A stretch of 64,000 nt of DNA from Candidatus Binatia bacterium (GTDB lineage: Bacteria; Desulfobacterota; Binatia; Bin18). A program made the position numbers and the translations under genes. The DNA is taken from positions 2,336,001 to 2,400,000 of the forward strand of contig OY761159.2 in NCBI GenBank assembly GCA_963664395.2, written 5' to 3'. The notes under the pieces are model-generated. The model did not search any database. It was given only the letters and a program-made list of their open reading frames with translations, and had not been told where the DNA came from. This document shows, in pieces, positions 9,164 through 19,360 of the stretch. How positions within the stretch are numbered: the stretch's first letter is position 1; each line of letters starts with the position of its first letter.

Positions 9164-10651
9164 CTATTGCAAAATCGATCGATATTCGAGTGGAATGCGC
9201 TGCTGAGGGGCATTTTTCTCTTGCGGCCGGTCAGCGAGCGGGACGTTACTATACGGCGTGGTTGGGACAGCTGGGTTGGTATTTTCAGTCAGTTCCTGGC
9301 TGTCCTGTTCCGCCTTGATACCAGTTGGAATACGAACTTTGACATAGCCGGCATCCTGAGTACGGAATCCACCGGGCTGTTCGCCTGGTTTATAAAAACG
9401 CTCGCCTTTTCCCTGTCCGCCAGATTTTCCTGGCTGCTGGTCTGACTGATTTGGTTGTGTGGCCTGTTGAGGTGGTTTTTCCTGGCTGCTTTGTGGCGTG
9501 GCGTGACGGCGCTGCTCGTCGTGTCCTGCTGGGTCTACCCCGGAAGGCGGCTGCTGTGCATCCGGTTTTTGGCCTGGTTGAGGAGGTTTTTGCTGCTGAC
9601 CGGCTGTAGGCTGCCGGGCCTGTTTCTTGCCCGTGTTGTCTTGAGATTGGGGCTGGTCAAATTTTATGCCGCCGCCGGATTCCTGGGGCGTATTTTTCTG
9701 TTTTTGCGACTGTTGGTTGCCGGATTGATTCGTTTGGTTTTGCTGGTTTTGGTTTTGTGCGCCCTGCTGAGGCTCACGCCCCTGAGCAGAGAGCGATTGC
9801 TTGAGTTGCTCCAGCTTTTCATTTGTTTTGGCCAGCGGGGTATCCTCCGGCTGTGGGCGGTCGCCCTGGTTGCCCGGACTATCGTCCTGCTTGCTGTCGC
9901 TCCCAAAGAGTTTGAGATCAATGGGGAGAATCTGCGGAATTGGGACCGGCAGATTCATGCGCTTTTGCGCCTCATCAATGAGTCGTATCTTCTCTTGTGG
10001 GGTCAGAGCCGGATTCTTCAGATTCTGAGAGAGCACGAGGAGTTGGGCTCCGGCTTGCTGTTCTGTCTGTTGCTCTTCGGAGGGAGACTGCGGGCGGATC
10101 AACTCTCGGGCAATTTCTCCAATATCCTGAATCAGGGCCTCAGGTGTAGGAGCGGAGGGTGAGGGATCACTTGGCGCTAGGGCAGCACTTCCGGTTGGTA
10201 AAAACAAGAACAGCAGGCCACTCAGGACTGCGCCGACACACGCCAGCGGAACCCGCCTATCGAGTTGGAAAGGCAGATCGCGCTCAGGAACGAAGAAGGC
10301 GGCCTTCCGGGCGGCTTCGCGCCGAATTTGTGCCAGGAAGTCTGAGGAGGATGGAAGCGTCACAAGCGTTAAAAAACGTTCTTGGCCATCCGTCTTCTCG
10401 TCTAGCAGGCCGGCAATGCGCCCGTCTTGGCAGCTCTTTTTTTCCTGTCTGAGGGAGTTCAGCAGCACACCGAAGACGATGACGGGTGGAAGAAAAGAAA
10501 CCCAGATGGGCAGCGAACATGCCAGTACCAGACCATACCCCAGGAAAAAAACAGTAATCCCCAGGGGCAGAAAAAATCCGAGGGTATTGGCGCTCCGCTG
10601 CCACAATACCCGGCGGGCCGTAGTGGCGAACAGATGGGACAAGCTATCCAT
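9164..10651 (-). CDS. Hypothetical membrane protein with a long Q/P-rich low-complexity C-terminal region (MoxR-associated)
   Basis: Three hydrophobic segments, then a Q-rich tract ending IPLEYR. ATG 10651 overlaps the mltG stop. Confidence 0.65.
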   Translation of the reverse strand: MDSLSHLFATTARRVLWQRSANTLGFFLPLGITVFFLGYGLVLACSLPIWVSFLPPVIVFGVLLNSLRQEKKSCQDGRIAGLLDEKTDGQERFLTLVTLPSSSDFLAQIRREAARKAAFFVPERDLPFQLDRRVPLACVGAVLSGLLFLFLPTGSAALAPSDPSPSAPTPEALIQDIGEIARELIRPQSPSEEQQTEQQAGAQLLVLSQNLKNPALTPQEKIRLIDEAQKRMNLPVPIPQILPIDLKLFGSDSKQDDSPGNQGDRPQPEDTPLAKTNEKLEQLKQSLSAQGREPQQGAQNQNQQNQTNQSGNQQSQKQKNTPQESGGGIKFDQPQSQDNTGKKQARQPTAGQQQKPPQPGQKPDAQQPPSGVDPAGHDEQRRHATPQSSQEKPPQQATQPNQSDQQPGKSGGQGKGERFYKPGEQPGGFRTQDAGYVKVRIPTGIKAEQDSQELTENTNPAVPTTPYSNVPLADRPQEKNAPQQRIPLEYRSILQ

Positions 10652-11651
10652 TGCGCGAGCGACGTTTCTGGAACCGGCGAACCGCGCGATTATGATCCGC
10701 AAGCCGGGAAGAGAACACGTGCGTGCCATCTCCCTTGGCAACAAAATAGAGGTAGTTCGTTTCGGCTGGGGAGAGGACGGCTTGAATAGCCGCGAGTCCT
10801 GGGTTGGCAATTGGGCCAGGCGGCAGGCCGGTAAGAAGATAGGTGTTATACGGCGTGGGCGTACGCAGATGACGGCGGGTCAGGTTCCCGTCAAAGTTCG
10901 GAATGCCGTAGATGACGGTCGGATCACACTGGAGCGGCATATTTTGACGGAGTCGATTGTGAAAGACTCCGGCAATCAGCGGGCGTTCCTCTGCCGCCCC
11001 GGTTTCTTTCTCAACCAGCGAGGCCAAGGTCAGGACCTCATGCTGGGAGAACCCCAACTTCTGGGCCTGCTGTTGCAGGGCTGGACTGAAGACTTCCGAC
11101 AGACGGGTCACCATACGTCCTAGAATATCCGCCGCAGGGCTTTGCTTTGAAAAAAAGTAAGTGTCCGGGTACAGGTAGCCTTCGAGTCCGTATTCCTGGA
11201 GGTCCCATGTGGCTAAGAACTGAGGAGAGGTGCTGAGAGACAGGAATTGCTCTTGGGGGTCAAAGCCTTGGTCTTCCAGTCTTTTAGCAATTTGTTTGAG
11301 TGTCAGTCCTTCCGGGATTGTCACCATGTGGTGGATGACCTGACCTTGGGTCAAGGTCTCAAGCAACATCCGCGGGGTCAGCGGGGTTTCCAGGATATAC
11401 TCCCCACTTTGTATGGAGCGGTCTTTGCCTGTGAATTGCGCCCATAAACGAAATGGTTGAACGCTTGCCAGCACGCCTTCGGCAACAAGCAGCCGCGCTG
11501 TTTTCTGGAGGGTACTGCCTGGAGAGATAGAGATCCGAGCAGGGGCAGCGAGGGACGGCCCTGGCGTAATGAGCAGAGAATAGACGTAATAGGCGCTGAG
11601 TCCGCTGACGCCGGTAAAAAGACAGGCAATAAGAAGCAGGACTTTTTTCAC
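10644..11651 (-). CDS. mltG: Endolytic murein transglycosylase MltG
   Basis: N-terminal TM, TIPEG, LEGYLYPDTY, LASLVEKET, LQCDPT, PYNTY and GLPPGPIANPG. Confidence 0.95.
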   Translation of the reverse strand: MKKVLLLIACLFTGVSGLSAYYVYSLLITPGPSLAAPARISISPGSTLQKTARLLVAEGVLASVQPFRLWAQFTGKDRSIQSGEYILETPLTPRMLLETLTQGQVIHHMVTIPEGLTLKQIAKRLEDQGFDPQEQFLSLSTSPQFLATWDLQEYGLEGYLYPDTYFFSKQSPAADILGRMVTRLSEVFSPALQQQAQKLGFSQHEVLTLASLVEKETGAAEERPLIAGVFHNRLRQNMPLQCDPTVIYGIPNFDGNLTRRHLRTPTPYNTYLLTGLPPGPIANPGLAAIQAVLSPAETNYLYFVAKGDGTHVFSSRLADHNRAVRRFQKRRSRNG

Positions 11652-11744
11652 TACCGCTCAACCTACCACCGGTGCGGGAGCGAAACAATGTCGCGACAAA
11701 TTGTTACTTGACTTTTGTGTGTTCGGCTGGCAACGTCTGTGACC

Positions 11745-13295
11745 ATGTACAGCCGGTGGACAGAGTACTGCAAGGAAGTATTCAGTATTTTTCTCGGGCG
11801 TCAGAACGGCCACGTTCAGGCGCTGATTATTGCCCCTATCCTGGCTGTCAGTTTTCTTGGGTTTGTTGTTCGGGCGGCGAGTTCAGCCGTTGATCCCACT
11901 CTTGCCAAAAATGGGGTGATCGTTCAACTCCAACAGCGTTTGAACGAGATTCAGCAAAGAAGTGACATTCCGAATAGTGAAGAAACGGTTCCGACCGAAG
12001 AACAGCCCATAGCGCAGTCACTAGGGCAGTCACTAGGGCAGCCGACTCCAGAAGAAAAAGAAGACGCAGCACCATCCGCCACAGTCGCACTCTTGCCGCC
12101 GTCCGGGCCGGAAGCGCCGGTACTTGGGCCGCGCCAAAGCGTGCATCTCATCAAGCCGGATGAGACATTCACGACTATTCTGAAAAAAGAAAGGCTTCCC
12201 TGGAGACAGTTCGCCGCATGGATTAATGCGGCGCAGAAAATATACGAATTACGGCGTTTGCAGATCAATCATGCCCTGACGCTCTCCTACGAGCACGATC
12301 AACTCGGGACACCAACGCTGCGAACTGTTGCCTACAGCATTGATAAGCGTTCCTCGCTCGTGCTTGAGAAGGATGAGAGTGGGCATATTGAGTCACGGGT
12401 TGAGACCGTCCCAACGACACTTGTCTGGCGTGCCGTTGGCGGCCGCATTACCCATAGTCTGGGTTGGGCAGCCAGCAAGATAGGTGTCCCGGCCAGTATC
12501 ATTGATGCTGTGGCAGATATGGGCTGGGATCTGAACCTTTCACACGACCTTCAGCCGGGTGACCCTTTCAAAATCATTTTTGAGGAAATTCAGCATGACG
12601 GGCAAGCAGTGAGGCATGGTAAAGTGCTTGCTGCGGAAATCATGAACAAAGGGAAAAAACACCTGGTCTTTCCTCTTGACGCGGAAGAAGGGATGGGGTT
12701 TGGGCAGCAGTTTCTGCGCTACCCCGTCCAATTCACCCGTATCTCATCGGTTTTTAACGATGCCCGGTTGCATCCCATTTACAAACGCAGACGCCCGCAC
12801 CTTGGCGTAGATTTCGCTGCGCCACCAGGAACACCGGTCCGCGCGGTGGCGGCTGGCAGGGTCACCTATGCCGGTTGGAGAGGCGACTATGGCCATTTTC
12901 TCAAGATCAACCATGCCGGACCCTATAGTTCGGCATATGCCCATCTGCGACGGATCAAAAAAAGGGTGAGAGCCGGAACGGTTGTAAAAAGAGGTCAGAT
13001 TATCGGCTACGTCGGGTCTTCGGGAGCCGCAACCGGGCCACACCTGCACTTTGAAATGCATAAAAATGGCAGGTATATCAACCCATTGAAGGCAAAAGTG
13101 TATACGCGAAAGTCTGATGTTCGGCAAAAAATGGCAGCCGCAATGCCGCTTGACCCGCAGCTCGCCATAATGAAAAAGAAGCTGGAAGAATATCTTGCGG
13201 ACCTGAGCGTGCAGGGCAAATCCGAGAGCCGTGTTTACACGCCAATCCCAAGCATCCAGACGGCTGCCCGAGAAACAGCCGACCCACACGCGTAA
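11745..13295 (+). CDS. M23 family peptidoglycan endopeptidase (MepM-like)
   Basis: N-terminal TM, HLGVDFAA (HxxxD), YAHL and TGPHLHFE (HxH). Start uncertain (11715 or 11745). Confidence 0.88.
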   Translation: MYSRWTEYCKEVFSIFLGRQNGHVQALIIAPILAVSFLGFVVRAASSAVDPTLAKNGVIVQLQQRLNEIQQRSDIPNSEETVPTEEQPIAQSLGQSLGQPTPEEKEDAAPSATVALLPPSGPEAPVLGPRQSVHLIKPDETFTTILKKERLPWRQFAAWINAAQKIYELRRLQINHALTLSYEHDQLGTPTLRTVAYSIDKRSSLVLEKDESGHIESRVETVPTTLVWRAVGGRITHSLGWAASKIGVPASIIDAVADMGWDLNLSHDLQPGDPFKIIFEEIQHDGQAVRHGKVLAAEIMNKGKKHLVFPLDAEEGMGFGQQFLRYPVQFTRISSVFNDARLHPIYKRRRPHLGVDFAAPPGTPVRAVAAGRVTYAGWRGDYGHFLKINHAGPYSSAYAHLRRIKKRVRAGTVVKRGQIIGYVGSSGAATGPHLHFEMHKNGRYINPLKAKVYTRKSDVRQKMAAAMPLDPQLAIMKKKLEEYLADLSVQGKSESRVYTPIPSIQTAARETADPHA

Positions 13296-13395
13296 GCGCC
13301 GATCCTTCGTTCAGCTTTTTGCGGTAGGCGATAGTGACTTTCTCTCCCTTCTCCATGAGGAGCGGGCAATACTGATATGTTTGTCTCAAGAAAGC

Positions 13396-13788
13396 ATGCT
13401 CTCCCATACTGAAAAACTCCGTGTTCGTTGGGTCGATACGGATGCGTCGGGCCGTATTCATTACACCGCGGCGTTCCGATATTTTGAGATAGCCGAGTGG
13501 GAGTTGATGCGGAAATCCGGGTTCCCGCTGTCCGACCACCGCAAAATATCAGGCTTGCCGCGGGTGAATGTCTCCGCAACATTCTACGCTCCCCTCTTTG
13601 TCGATGAACCGATTGAGGTGAAAGTGTGGGTGGAGCGGGTCGGGACGACCTCGATCACTTTCGCGGGAGAAATCTATCGAGCCCAAGAGCGGTGCGTTAG
13701 CGGGACGATTACAGCAGTTTTTGTGAATCAGGATGAACAGCCACAGCCTATTCCCGAGGCGATTCGACAGGCATTAAACGCTGAGTAA
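13396..13788 (+). CDS. Acyl-CoA thioesterase (4HBT/YbgC hotdog family)
   Basis: LRVRWVDTDASGRIHYTAAFRYFE and VGTTSI. Confidence 0.85.
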   Translation: MLSHTEKLRVRWVDTDASGRIHYTAAFRYFEIAEWELMRKSGFPLSDHRKISGLPRVNVSATFYAPLFVDEPIEVKVWVERVGTTSITFAGEIYRAQERCVSGTITAVFVNQDEQPQPIPEAIRQALNAE

Positions 13789-13859
13789 AGACGATCAAGG
13801 ATGATCAAAGATGATCTTGGGAGTTGACAGAAAAAACACGCTCACATAGGTAACGAAAG

Positions 13860-14180
13860 ATGTCATACGCAGTGATCCGTACGGGTGGAAAACAGTACCG
13901 AGTGACGCAGGGCGAGCTCCTGCGTTTAGAGTCCCTACCGGGAGAGACCGGGAGTGATATTACGTTCTCCGACGTGCTACTCACATCAGCCGAAGGCGCT
14001 ATTCAAGTTGGTACCCCGCTTGTTCCTGGTGCTTCAGTCACGGCTCGTGTTGTTGAGCATGGCAAAGAGAGAAAGATTATTGTTTTTAAAAAGAAACGTC
14101 GCAAAGGATATCGGCGCAAGCGTGGCCATCGGCAGCACTTTACTGCTGTTCAGGTCAAGGCGATCAACCTGGGAGGGTAA
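13860..14180 (+). CDS. rplU: 50S ribosomal protein L21
   Basis: [13 protein letters not shown] and [17 protein letters not shown]. Confidence 0.98.
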   Translation: MSYAVIRTGGKQYRVTQGELLRLESLPGETGSDITFSDVLLTSAEGAIQVGTPLVPGASVTARVVEHGKERKIIVFKKKRRKGYRRKRGHRQHFTAVQVKAINLGG

Positions 14181-14182
14181 AC

Positions 14183-14437
14183 GTGGCACATAAAAAAGGA
14201 CAAGGATCCAGTCGGAATGGCCGAGACAGCCCAGGACAGCACCGAGGCGTCAAGCTTTTTGCCGGACAGGTTGCAAAAGCAGGAAACATTATCGTTCGCC
14301 AACTTGGCACGCGTATCCACCCAGGGACAAATGTCGGCATGGGACGAGATTATACACTGTTTGCGAAGATTAACGGGGTGATTCAGTTCGAACGTATGGG
14401 CAAGACACGCAAGCGGGTCTGCGTGTATCCGCAGTAA
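14183..14437 (+). CDS. rpmA: 50S ribosomal protein L27
   Basis: [15 protein letters not shown] and [10 protein letters not shown]. Confidence 0.98.
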   Translation: MAHKKGQGSSRNGRDSPGQHRGVKLFAGQVAKAGNIIVRQLGTRIHPGTNVGMGRDYTLFAKINGVIQFERMGKTRKRVCVYPQ

Positions 14438-14473
14438 TCTGCTGTACGCACGAGAGATCACCAAGGTCGTAGG

Positions 14474-14499
14474 AAAGCCCCACTTCGGGGCTTTTTTTT
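14474..14499 (+). terminator. Intrinsic terminator after rpmA
   Basis: aaagcccc-acttc-ggggcttt hairpin followed by a T tract. Confidence 0.85.
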
Positions 14500-14541
14500 A
14501 TGGCGCCTTCTTCAGCCCCTTATTCCTGATATACACGTGCT

Positions 14542-15573
14542 ATGAACTTCGTTGACGAAGTCACAATGACGGTAAAAGCCGGTGATGGCGGACGGGGGTG
14601 TGTCAGCTTTCTACGCGAGAAGTTTCGGCCCTGGGGTGGGCCGAACGGCGGAAATGGCGGAGATGGCGGAGACGTGATCCTGCGCGTTGACCCGCAACGT
14701 AACACGCTGCTTGATCTCGCCCATCGGCATCATGCCAGAGCGGCACGTGGCGAGCACGGGCGGGGTAAGGACCAACACGGGAAAAACGCAAAGTCTTCAG
14801 TCCTTCCGGTCCCAGTCGGAACAATTGCTCGCGATATCGAGAGTGGAGAAATACTCGCAGACCTCCGAACCGCAGGCCAACAGGTCGTGGTCGCCCACGG
14901 CGGAAAAGGCGGCAAGGGGAACGCCTTTTTTACCAGCTCCACAAACCGGGCCCCCCGATTCGCCCAACCGGGTCTGCCCGGAGAGGTACGGCACATCCAG
15001 CTTGAACTCCGCTTATTGGCTGATGTGGGCCTGGTTGGGTTTCCCAACGTCGGGAAATCGACGCTGATCTCTGCTGTTTCTGCCGCACGTCCACGGGTTG
15101 CAGACTTTCCCTTTACGACCCTCATCCCGCACCTCGGCGTTGTTCGCTATGGAGATGAAGGCTCATTTGTCATGGCCGACGTGCCAGGGCTCATTGAGGG
15201 CGCGCACACTGGACATGGACTTGGCGCGCGCTTTCTGCGCCATCTTTCGCGGACTTCTATTCTGGTTCATCTTCTTGATATATCTGATCCGGCATGTGAT
15301 CCGTATGCAGACTATAGAGTCATCAATCGTGAACTTGACGCGTTTGATTGCGCTCTGGCTCAGCGACCACAGATAGTGGTCGTGACAAAAGCTGACTTGA
15401 CGATCACACGCGAACGGTTTCCTGAGGTGCAGGAATTTTTTGCACAGCATGAGAAAAGAGTGCATCTCATTTCTGCTGCAACTGGGGAAGGGAAACAGGA
15501 ATTGGTGGGGGAAATTGTCCGTGCGCTTCAACAGAGACAACACAGAATGGGCGACGGAGAGGAGAAAGAGTAA
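14542..15573 (+). CDS. obgE: GTPase ObgE/CgtA
   Basis: FVDEV..KAGDGG, Gly-rich Obg fold, GFPNVGKST, PFTT, DVPG and TKAD. Confidence 0.97.
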   Translation: MNFVDEVTMTVKAGDGGRGCVSFLREKFRPWGGPNGGNGGDGGDVILRVDPQRNTLLDLAHRHHARAARGEHGRGKDQHGKNAKSSVLPVPVGTIARDIESGEILADLRTAGQQVVVAHGGKGGKGNAFFTSSTNRAPRFAQPGLPGEVRHIQLELRLLADVGLVGFPNVGKSTLISAVSAARPRVADFPFTTLIPHLGVVRYGDEGSFVMADVPGLIEGAHTGHGLGARFLRHLSRTSILVHLLDISDPACDPYADYRVINRELDAFDCALAQRPQIVVVTKADLTITRERFPEVQEFFAQHEKRVHLISAATGEGKQELVGEIVRALQQRQHRMGDGEEKE

Positions 15574-15617
15574 ACGTGCCAACCGCTTTGTATATTTGGA
15601 GGGCGCGTTTATTCTTT
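15565..15617. repeat. ~54-bp inverted-repeat element, copy 2 (reverse orientation); supplies the obgE stop codon
   Basis: aaagagtaaacgtgcc aaccgctttgtatatttggag ggcgcgtttattcttt. TAA 15571-15573 lies in the IR. Confidence 0.9.
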
Positions 15618-15645
15618 CCGAACGAGAGACAGAGGTTTCCCCGGC

Positions 15646-16797
15646 ATGAGTGACGGGAACAGCCACCTCGCGCATAAAGCTCGTATTCTTGAGAGCACGA
15701 GGCGTATTGTGGTGAAAGTCGGGAGTAGTGTGCTCTCCAATGGAGACGGGGTATATACTCCACGTGTCAGCCACCTCGCGACGACCCTTTCTACCCTGCA
15801 GAAGGCAGAGGTGGTCTTAGTCACTTCGGGAGCCGTTGCTGCTGGAATGGGCGCACTCAATATGAAACAGCGCCCGAGGACGATACCGGCGAAACAGGCG
15901 GCAGCGGCCATTGGACAGATTACGCTCATGGCACTGTATGAAGAATGCTTTTCCCAGCATGCCATCCGGGTGGCTCAGATTCTTCTCACCCATGACGATC
16001 TGGCGAACCGAAGACGCTATTTGAACGCCAAGCATACCCTCCTGACGCTGATCGAATCCGGGGTCGTGCCAATTGTGAACGAGAATGACACGGTTGCGGT
16101 TGAAGAAATCCAGTTTGGCGACAACGATAATCTCTCTGCCCAAGTCGCCGTACTTGTCGAGGCGGATCTGCTGGTTATGTTGAGTGATGTTGCGGGTTTA
16201 TATGAAACAGACCCACGCCTGGACCAGCAGGCCAAACGTATTCCGCTGGTCGAGCAGTTCGACGAACAATTGCTGAAGCGGTGTGGTGCGGCCGGCCCGT
16301 TAGGACGCGGCGGGATGACTTCTAAAATCGAAGCGGCTCAAAAGGCGGCGCTGTCCGGCATTCCGTCCCTTCTCATAGATGGCCGGAGCGATGCGGGGCT
16401 CTGCGCGGTTTTTGACCCCCAGCAGGAGGTTGGCACGCTGTTTTTGCCCGTCTCGGACAGGATTGCGAGCCGTAAACACTGGATTGCCTATACGCTGAAG
16501 CCGGCCGGCTCACTCCGTCTTGATGCGGGGGCGGCGGCGGCGATTCGGCGGGATGGGAGGAGTCTGTTACCTGCCGGGGTGCGTGGCGTCTATGGCAGCT
16601 TTGAGGAAGGGGACTGTGTGACCTGTCTGGACGAAAGCGGGGGGGAATTTGCTCGTGGCTTAGTGAATTATGGCGCCGCAGCTCTGAGGCAAATTCAAGG
16701 CGTGCACACGAGTCAGATTGAACAGACGCTCGGCTATAAGGTCAGCGACGAAGTGATTCATCGTGACGACCTCGCCCTACTCCAAGAAACGCACTGA
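15646..16797 (+). CDS. proB: Glutamate 5-kinase
   Basis: VVKVGSS, VTSGAV, PIVNENDTV, FGDNDNLS, GGMTSK and a PUA domain. Confidence 0.97.
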   Translation: MSDGNSHLAHKARILESTRRIVVKVGSSVLSNGDGVYTPRVSHLATTLSTLQKAEVVLVTSGAVAAGMGALNMKQRPRTIPAKQAAAAIGQITLMALYEECFSQHAIRVAQILLTHDDLANRRRYLNAKHTLLTLIESGVVPIVNENDTVAVEEIQFGDNDNLSAQVAVLVEADLLVMLSDVAGLYETDPRLDQQAKRIPLVEQFDEQLLKRCGAAGPLGRGGMTSKIEAAQKAALSGIPSLLIDGRSDAGLCAVFDPQQEVGTLFLPVSDRIASRKHWIAYTLKPAGSLRLDAGAAAAIRRDGRSLLPAGVRGVYGSFEEGDCVTCLDESGGEFARGLVNYGAAALRQIQGVHTSQIEQTLGYKVSDEVIHRDDLALLQETH

Positions 16798-16867
16798 AAC
16801 GCACGCATGAGGACATTGGCCGAGTCCCCATGCCGCGAAGAGAAAGCGCTCCTCAAAGGAAGACAGC

Positions 16868-18124
16868 ATGAGTCTTGAAAATATGGTGGTCGCATTAGCC
16901 CACACCGCAAAAAAAGCCGCGCGGGTATTGGCAACAATGTCAACACAAACGAAAGATCATGCGCTTCTCACAGCCGCACGGGGGCTCCGGGATCAGACGG
17001 AAGTCTTACGTGCCGCCAATGCACAAGATGTTGCCCGGGGAAAAGACAAAGGTTTATCTGCGGCCATGCTCGATCGCCTGACGCTGGACGAAGCGCGCAT
17101 ACACGCTATGGCCAAAGGACTCGAAATTATGGTCGATCTGCCGGACCCGGTAGCGGAAACGATCTCTACCTGGAAGCGCCCAAATGGCTTGGAGATCAGT
17201 CAGGTCCGTGTCCCTCTCGGTGTCGTCGGGATTATTTACGAGTCGCGGCCGAATGTGACAGCGGATGCCGCTGGTTTATGTATCAAGGCGGGCAATGCGG
17301 TTGTGCTCAAAGGGGGATCGGAGGCGTTCGAGACGAACGGGGCTATCGTTGACGTTCTTTCTCAAGCCTTTGCCAAAGCGGGCCTGCCGGACGGAGTGGT
17401 CCAACTGGTCCGCTCGACTGATCGACAGGCTGTCACCTTTCTCCTCCAACAAGACCGCTGTATTGATGTCATTATTCCGCGTGGCGGAGAGGAGTTGATC
17501 CGGGCCGTAACGCGAGAATCGTCTATTCCGGTGATTCAACATTTCTCTGGCTTGTGTCACACCTATGTGGATGCTGCGGCTGATATTGAAAAAGCGCACC
17601 GAGTGTGCCTGAATGCTAAGGTGCAAAGACCGTGGGTGTGCAATGCCATGGAAAATCTGCTGGTGCATGAGACAATTGCGCCGCGCTTCCTACCGGACTT
17701 TATTACCCGCCTCGAACAAGAGGGCGTCGAGGTTCGCGGCTGTGACCAGACGCGACAGATTGTGTCTCAGGTGAACGTAGCAACTGAGACGGATTGGCAG
17801 ACCGAGTATCTTGATAAAATCCTCTCGGTCAAAGTAGTGCGCTCGCTTGAGGAGGCGCTGGATTTTATTCATACCAACGGGTCAGGACTGGCCGATTGTA
17901 TTGTGAGTGAAGATTATTCACAGGTCCGGCGGTTTCTGCGTGAAGTGGACTCTGCGACCGTCTATGCAAACGCTTCGACGCGATTCACCGATGGCTTTGA
18001 GTTCGGATTTGGGGCCGAGGTCGGAATTTCGACGAACCGGCTCCACGCCAGAGGGCCCATGGGGTTGCGTGAGCTCACAACCTATAAATATGTTGTCTAC
18101 GGAGATGGTCAGATACGGGAATAA
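16868..18124 (+). CDS. proA: Gamma-glutamyl phosphate reductase
   Basis: VPLGVVGIIYESRPNVT, IPRGG, VCNAME and NASTRFTDG..FGFGAEVGIST..LHARGP. Confidence 0.97.
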   Translation: MSLENMVVALAHTAKKAARVLATMSTQTKDHALLTAARGLRDQTEVLRAANAQDVARGKDKGLSAAMLDRLTLDEARIHAMAKGLEIMVDLPDPVAETISTWKRPNGLEISQVRVPLGVVGIIYESRPNVTADAAGLCIKAGNAVVLKGGSEAFETNGAIVDVLSQAFAKAGLPDGVVQLVRSTDRQAVTFLLQQDRCIDVIIPRGGEELIRAVTRESSIPVIQHFSGLCHTYVDAAADIEKAHRVCLNAKVQRPWVCNAMENLLVHETIAPRFLPDFITRLEQEGVEVRGCDQTRQIVSQVNVATETDWQTEYLDKILSVKVVRSLEEALDFIHTNGSGLADCIVSEDYSQVRRFLREVDSATVYANASTRFTDGFEFGFGAEVGISTNRLHARGPMGLRELTTYKYVVYGDGQIRE

Positions 18125-18133
18125 AATACGAAG

Positions 18134-18186
18134 AAGAGTAAACCTGCCCTCCAAATCATACAAAGCTGTTGGCACGTTTACTCTTT
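18134..18186. repeat. ~54-bp inverted-repeat element, copy 3 (proA-nadD intergenic)
   Basis: aagagtaaacctgcc ctccaaatcatacaaagctgtt ggcacgtttactcttt. Confidence 0.88.
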
Positions 18187-18199
18187 CAGGTCCTGGCGT

Positions 18200-18868
18200 A
18201 TGAAAGTAGGGCTGTTCGGTGGAACGTTTAACCCCATCCATTTAGGCCATCTGCGGAGTGCGGAAGAAGTCCGTGCAGCGTTTGCGCTTGACCGGATATA
18301 CTTCATTCCTTCCGCCGCTCCTCCACACAAGCGCGAAACGGATGTCGCTCCTGCTCAACATCGCTACAATATGGTGGAGCGTGCCGTTGCCGACAACCCC
18401 GCCTTCCTTGCCTCCCGTATCGAACTCGACCGTTCCGGACCTTCGTTTTCGGTTGATACGATACGCACTTTTCAGGACAGAGAGACGTATACCTCTCTCG
18501 CTTTTCTTATCGGGATGGATGCTTTTTGTGAGATCGAGTCGTGGAATGCCTACCTGGAGATTCCTAGCTTATGCGACCTGATTGTGACGTCGCGTCCTGG
18601 GGTTCCCACGCCCTCAATTGACCAGCTCCTTCCCGTTGCTCTTCGGTCCGCCTTTTGGTACGATCCGGCCAAGCAGAGATACCAGCACGAATCAGGGCAC
18701 ACGTTGACGCTGTATACACTGAACGGCCTCCATATTTCGGCCTCCGTGATACGTGATAATATTCACGCCGGCCGACCCACGCACGGCCAGCTCCCGCCTG
18801 CCGTGGCAGACTATATCGCCACATGTGCCCTCTATCGCTCGCAAGAGGCTCTTTCCCTTGAAGGCTGA
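18200..18868 (+). CDS. nadD: Nicotinate-nucleotide adenylyltransferase
   Basis: GLFGGTFNPIHLGH, PPHK, IGMD and ISAS. Confidence 0.96.
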   Translation: MKVGLFGGTFNPIHLGHLRSAEEVRAAFALDRIYFIPSAAPPHKRETDVAPAQHRYNMVERAVADNPAFLASRIELDRSGPSFSVDTIRTFQDRETYTSLAFLIGMDAFCEIESWNAYLEIPSLCDLIVTSRPGVPTPSIDQLLPVALRSAFWYDPAKQRYQHESGHTLTLYTLNGLHISASVIRDNIHAGRPTHGQLPPAVADYIATCALYRSQEALSLEG

Positions 18869-19253
18869 TGACGGCTGGCAAAAGGCCCTGCGGTGCGCCC
18901 AATCCGCTCTGGATAAAAAGGCATATGACCTGGTTGTCCTTGACGTGGAAGCGTTGACTTCGATTGCCTCCTATTTTGTGATCTGTACCGGGCGGTCGGA
19001 CATTCAGGTCCAGGCGATTAGTCAGGCTATTGAGGACGCCCTCCGGCAGGCAGGCCACCGCCCATTAGCCCTTGAAGGCGTCTCGCATGGACAATGGGTC
19101 CTCATGGATTTCGGGGACGTTATTGTCCATATTTTCTATGAAACAGTACGAGAATTCTACAATTTAGAAGGACTCTGGGCCAAGGCTCCACGTTGCACGC
19201 TGCCCGAACCCTACTCGACGCAAGCCCTGGACCTCCGACTCGAAACCGGTTAG
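18858..19253 (+). CDS. rsfS: Ribosomal silencing factor RsfS (Iojap)
   Basis: DKKAYD, YFVICTG, WVLMDFGDVIVHIF and REFYNLEGLW. Probable TTG start overlapping the end of nadD. Confidence 0.93.
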   Translation: MKADDGWQKALRCAQSALDKKAYDLVVLDVEALTSIASYFVICTGRSDIQVQAISQAIEDALRQAGHRPLALEGVSHGQWVLMDFGDVIVHIFYETVREFYNLEGLWAKAPRCTLPEPYSTQALDLRLETG

Positions 19254-19360
19254 GAGCCCTTTCTCTTGCTCCGAGAAGACCGACCTTCCCTTTCTTTCCA
19301 TCAGGGTTTCCTTCTATACTAGGGGAAGGAACCAGCGAGAGAACCTCGCTGGGGGATGCT

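Noticed and set aside
12013-12040. 12-bp duplication (QSLG x2) in the M23 gene
   Set aside because: An in-frame slippage in a disordered linker, which is ordinary.
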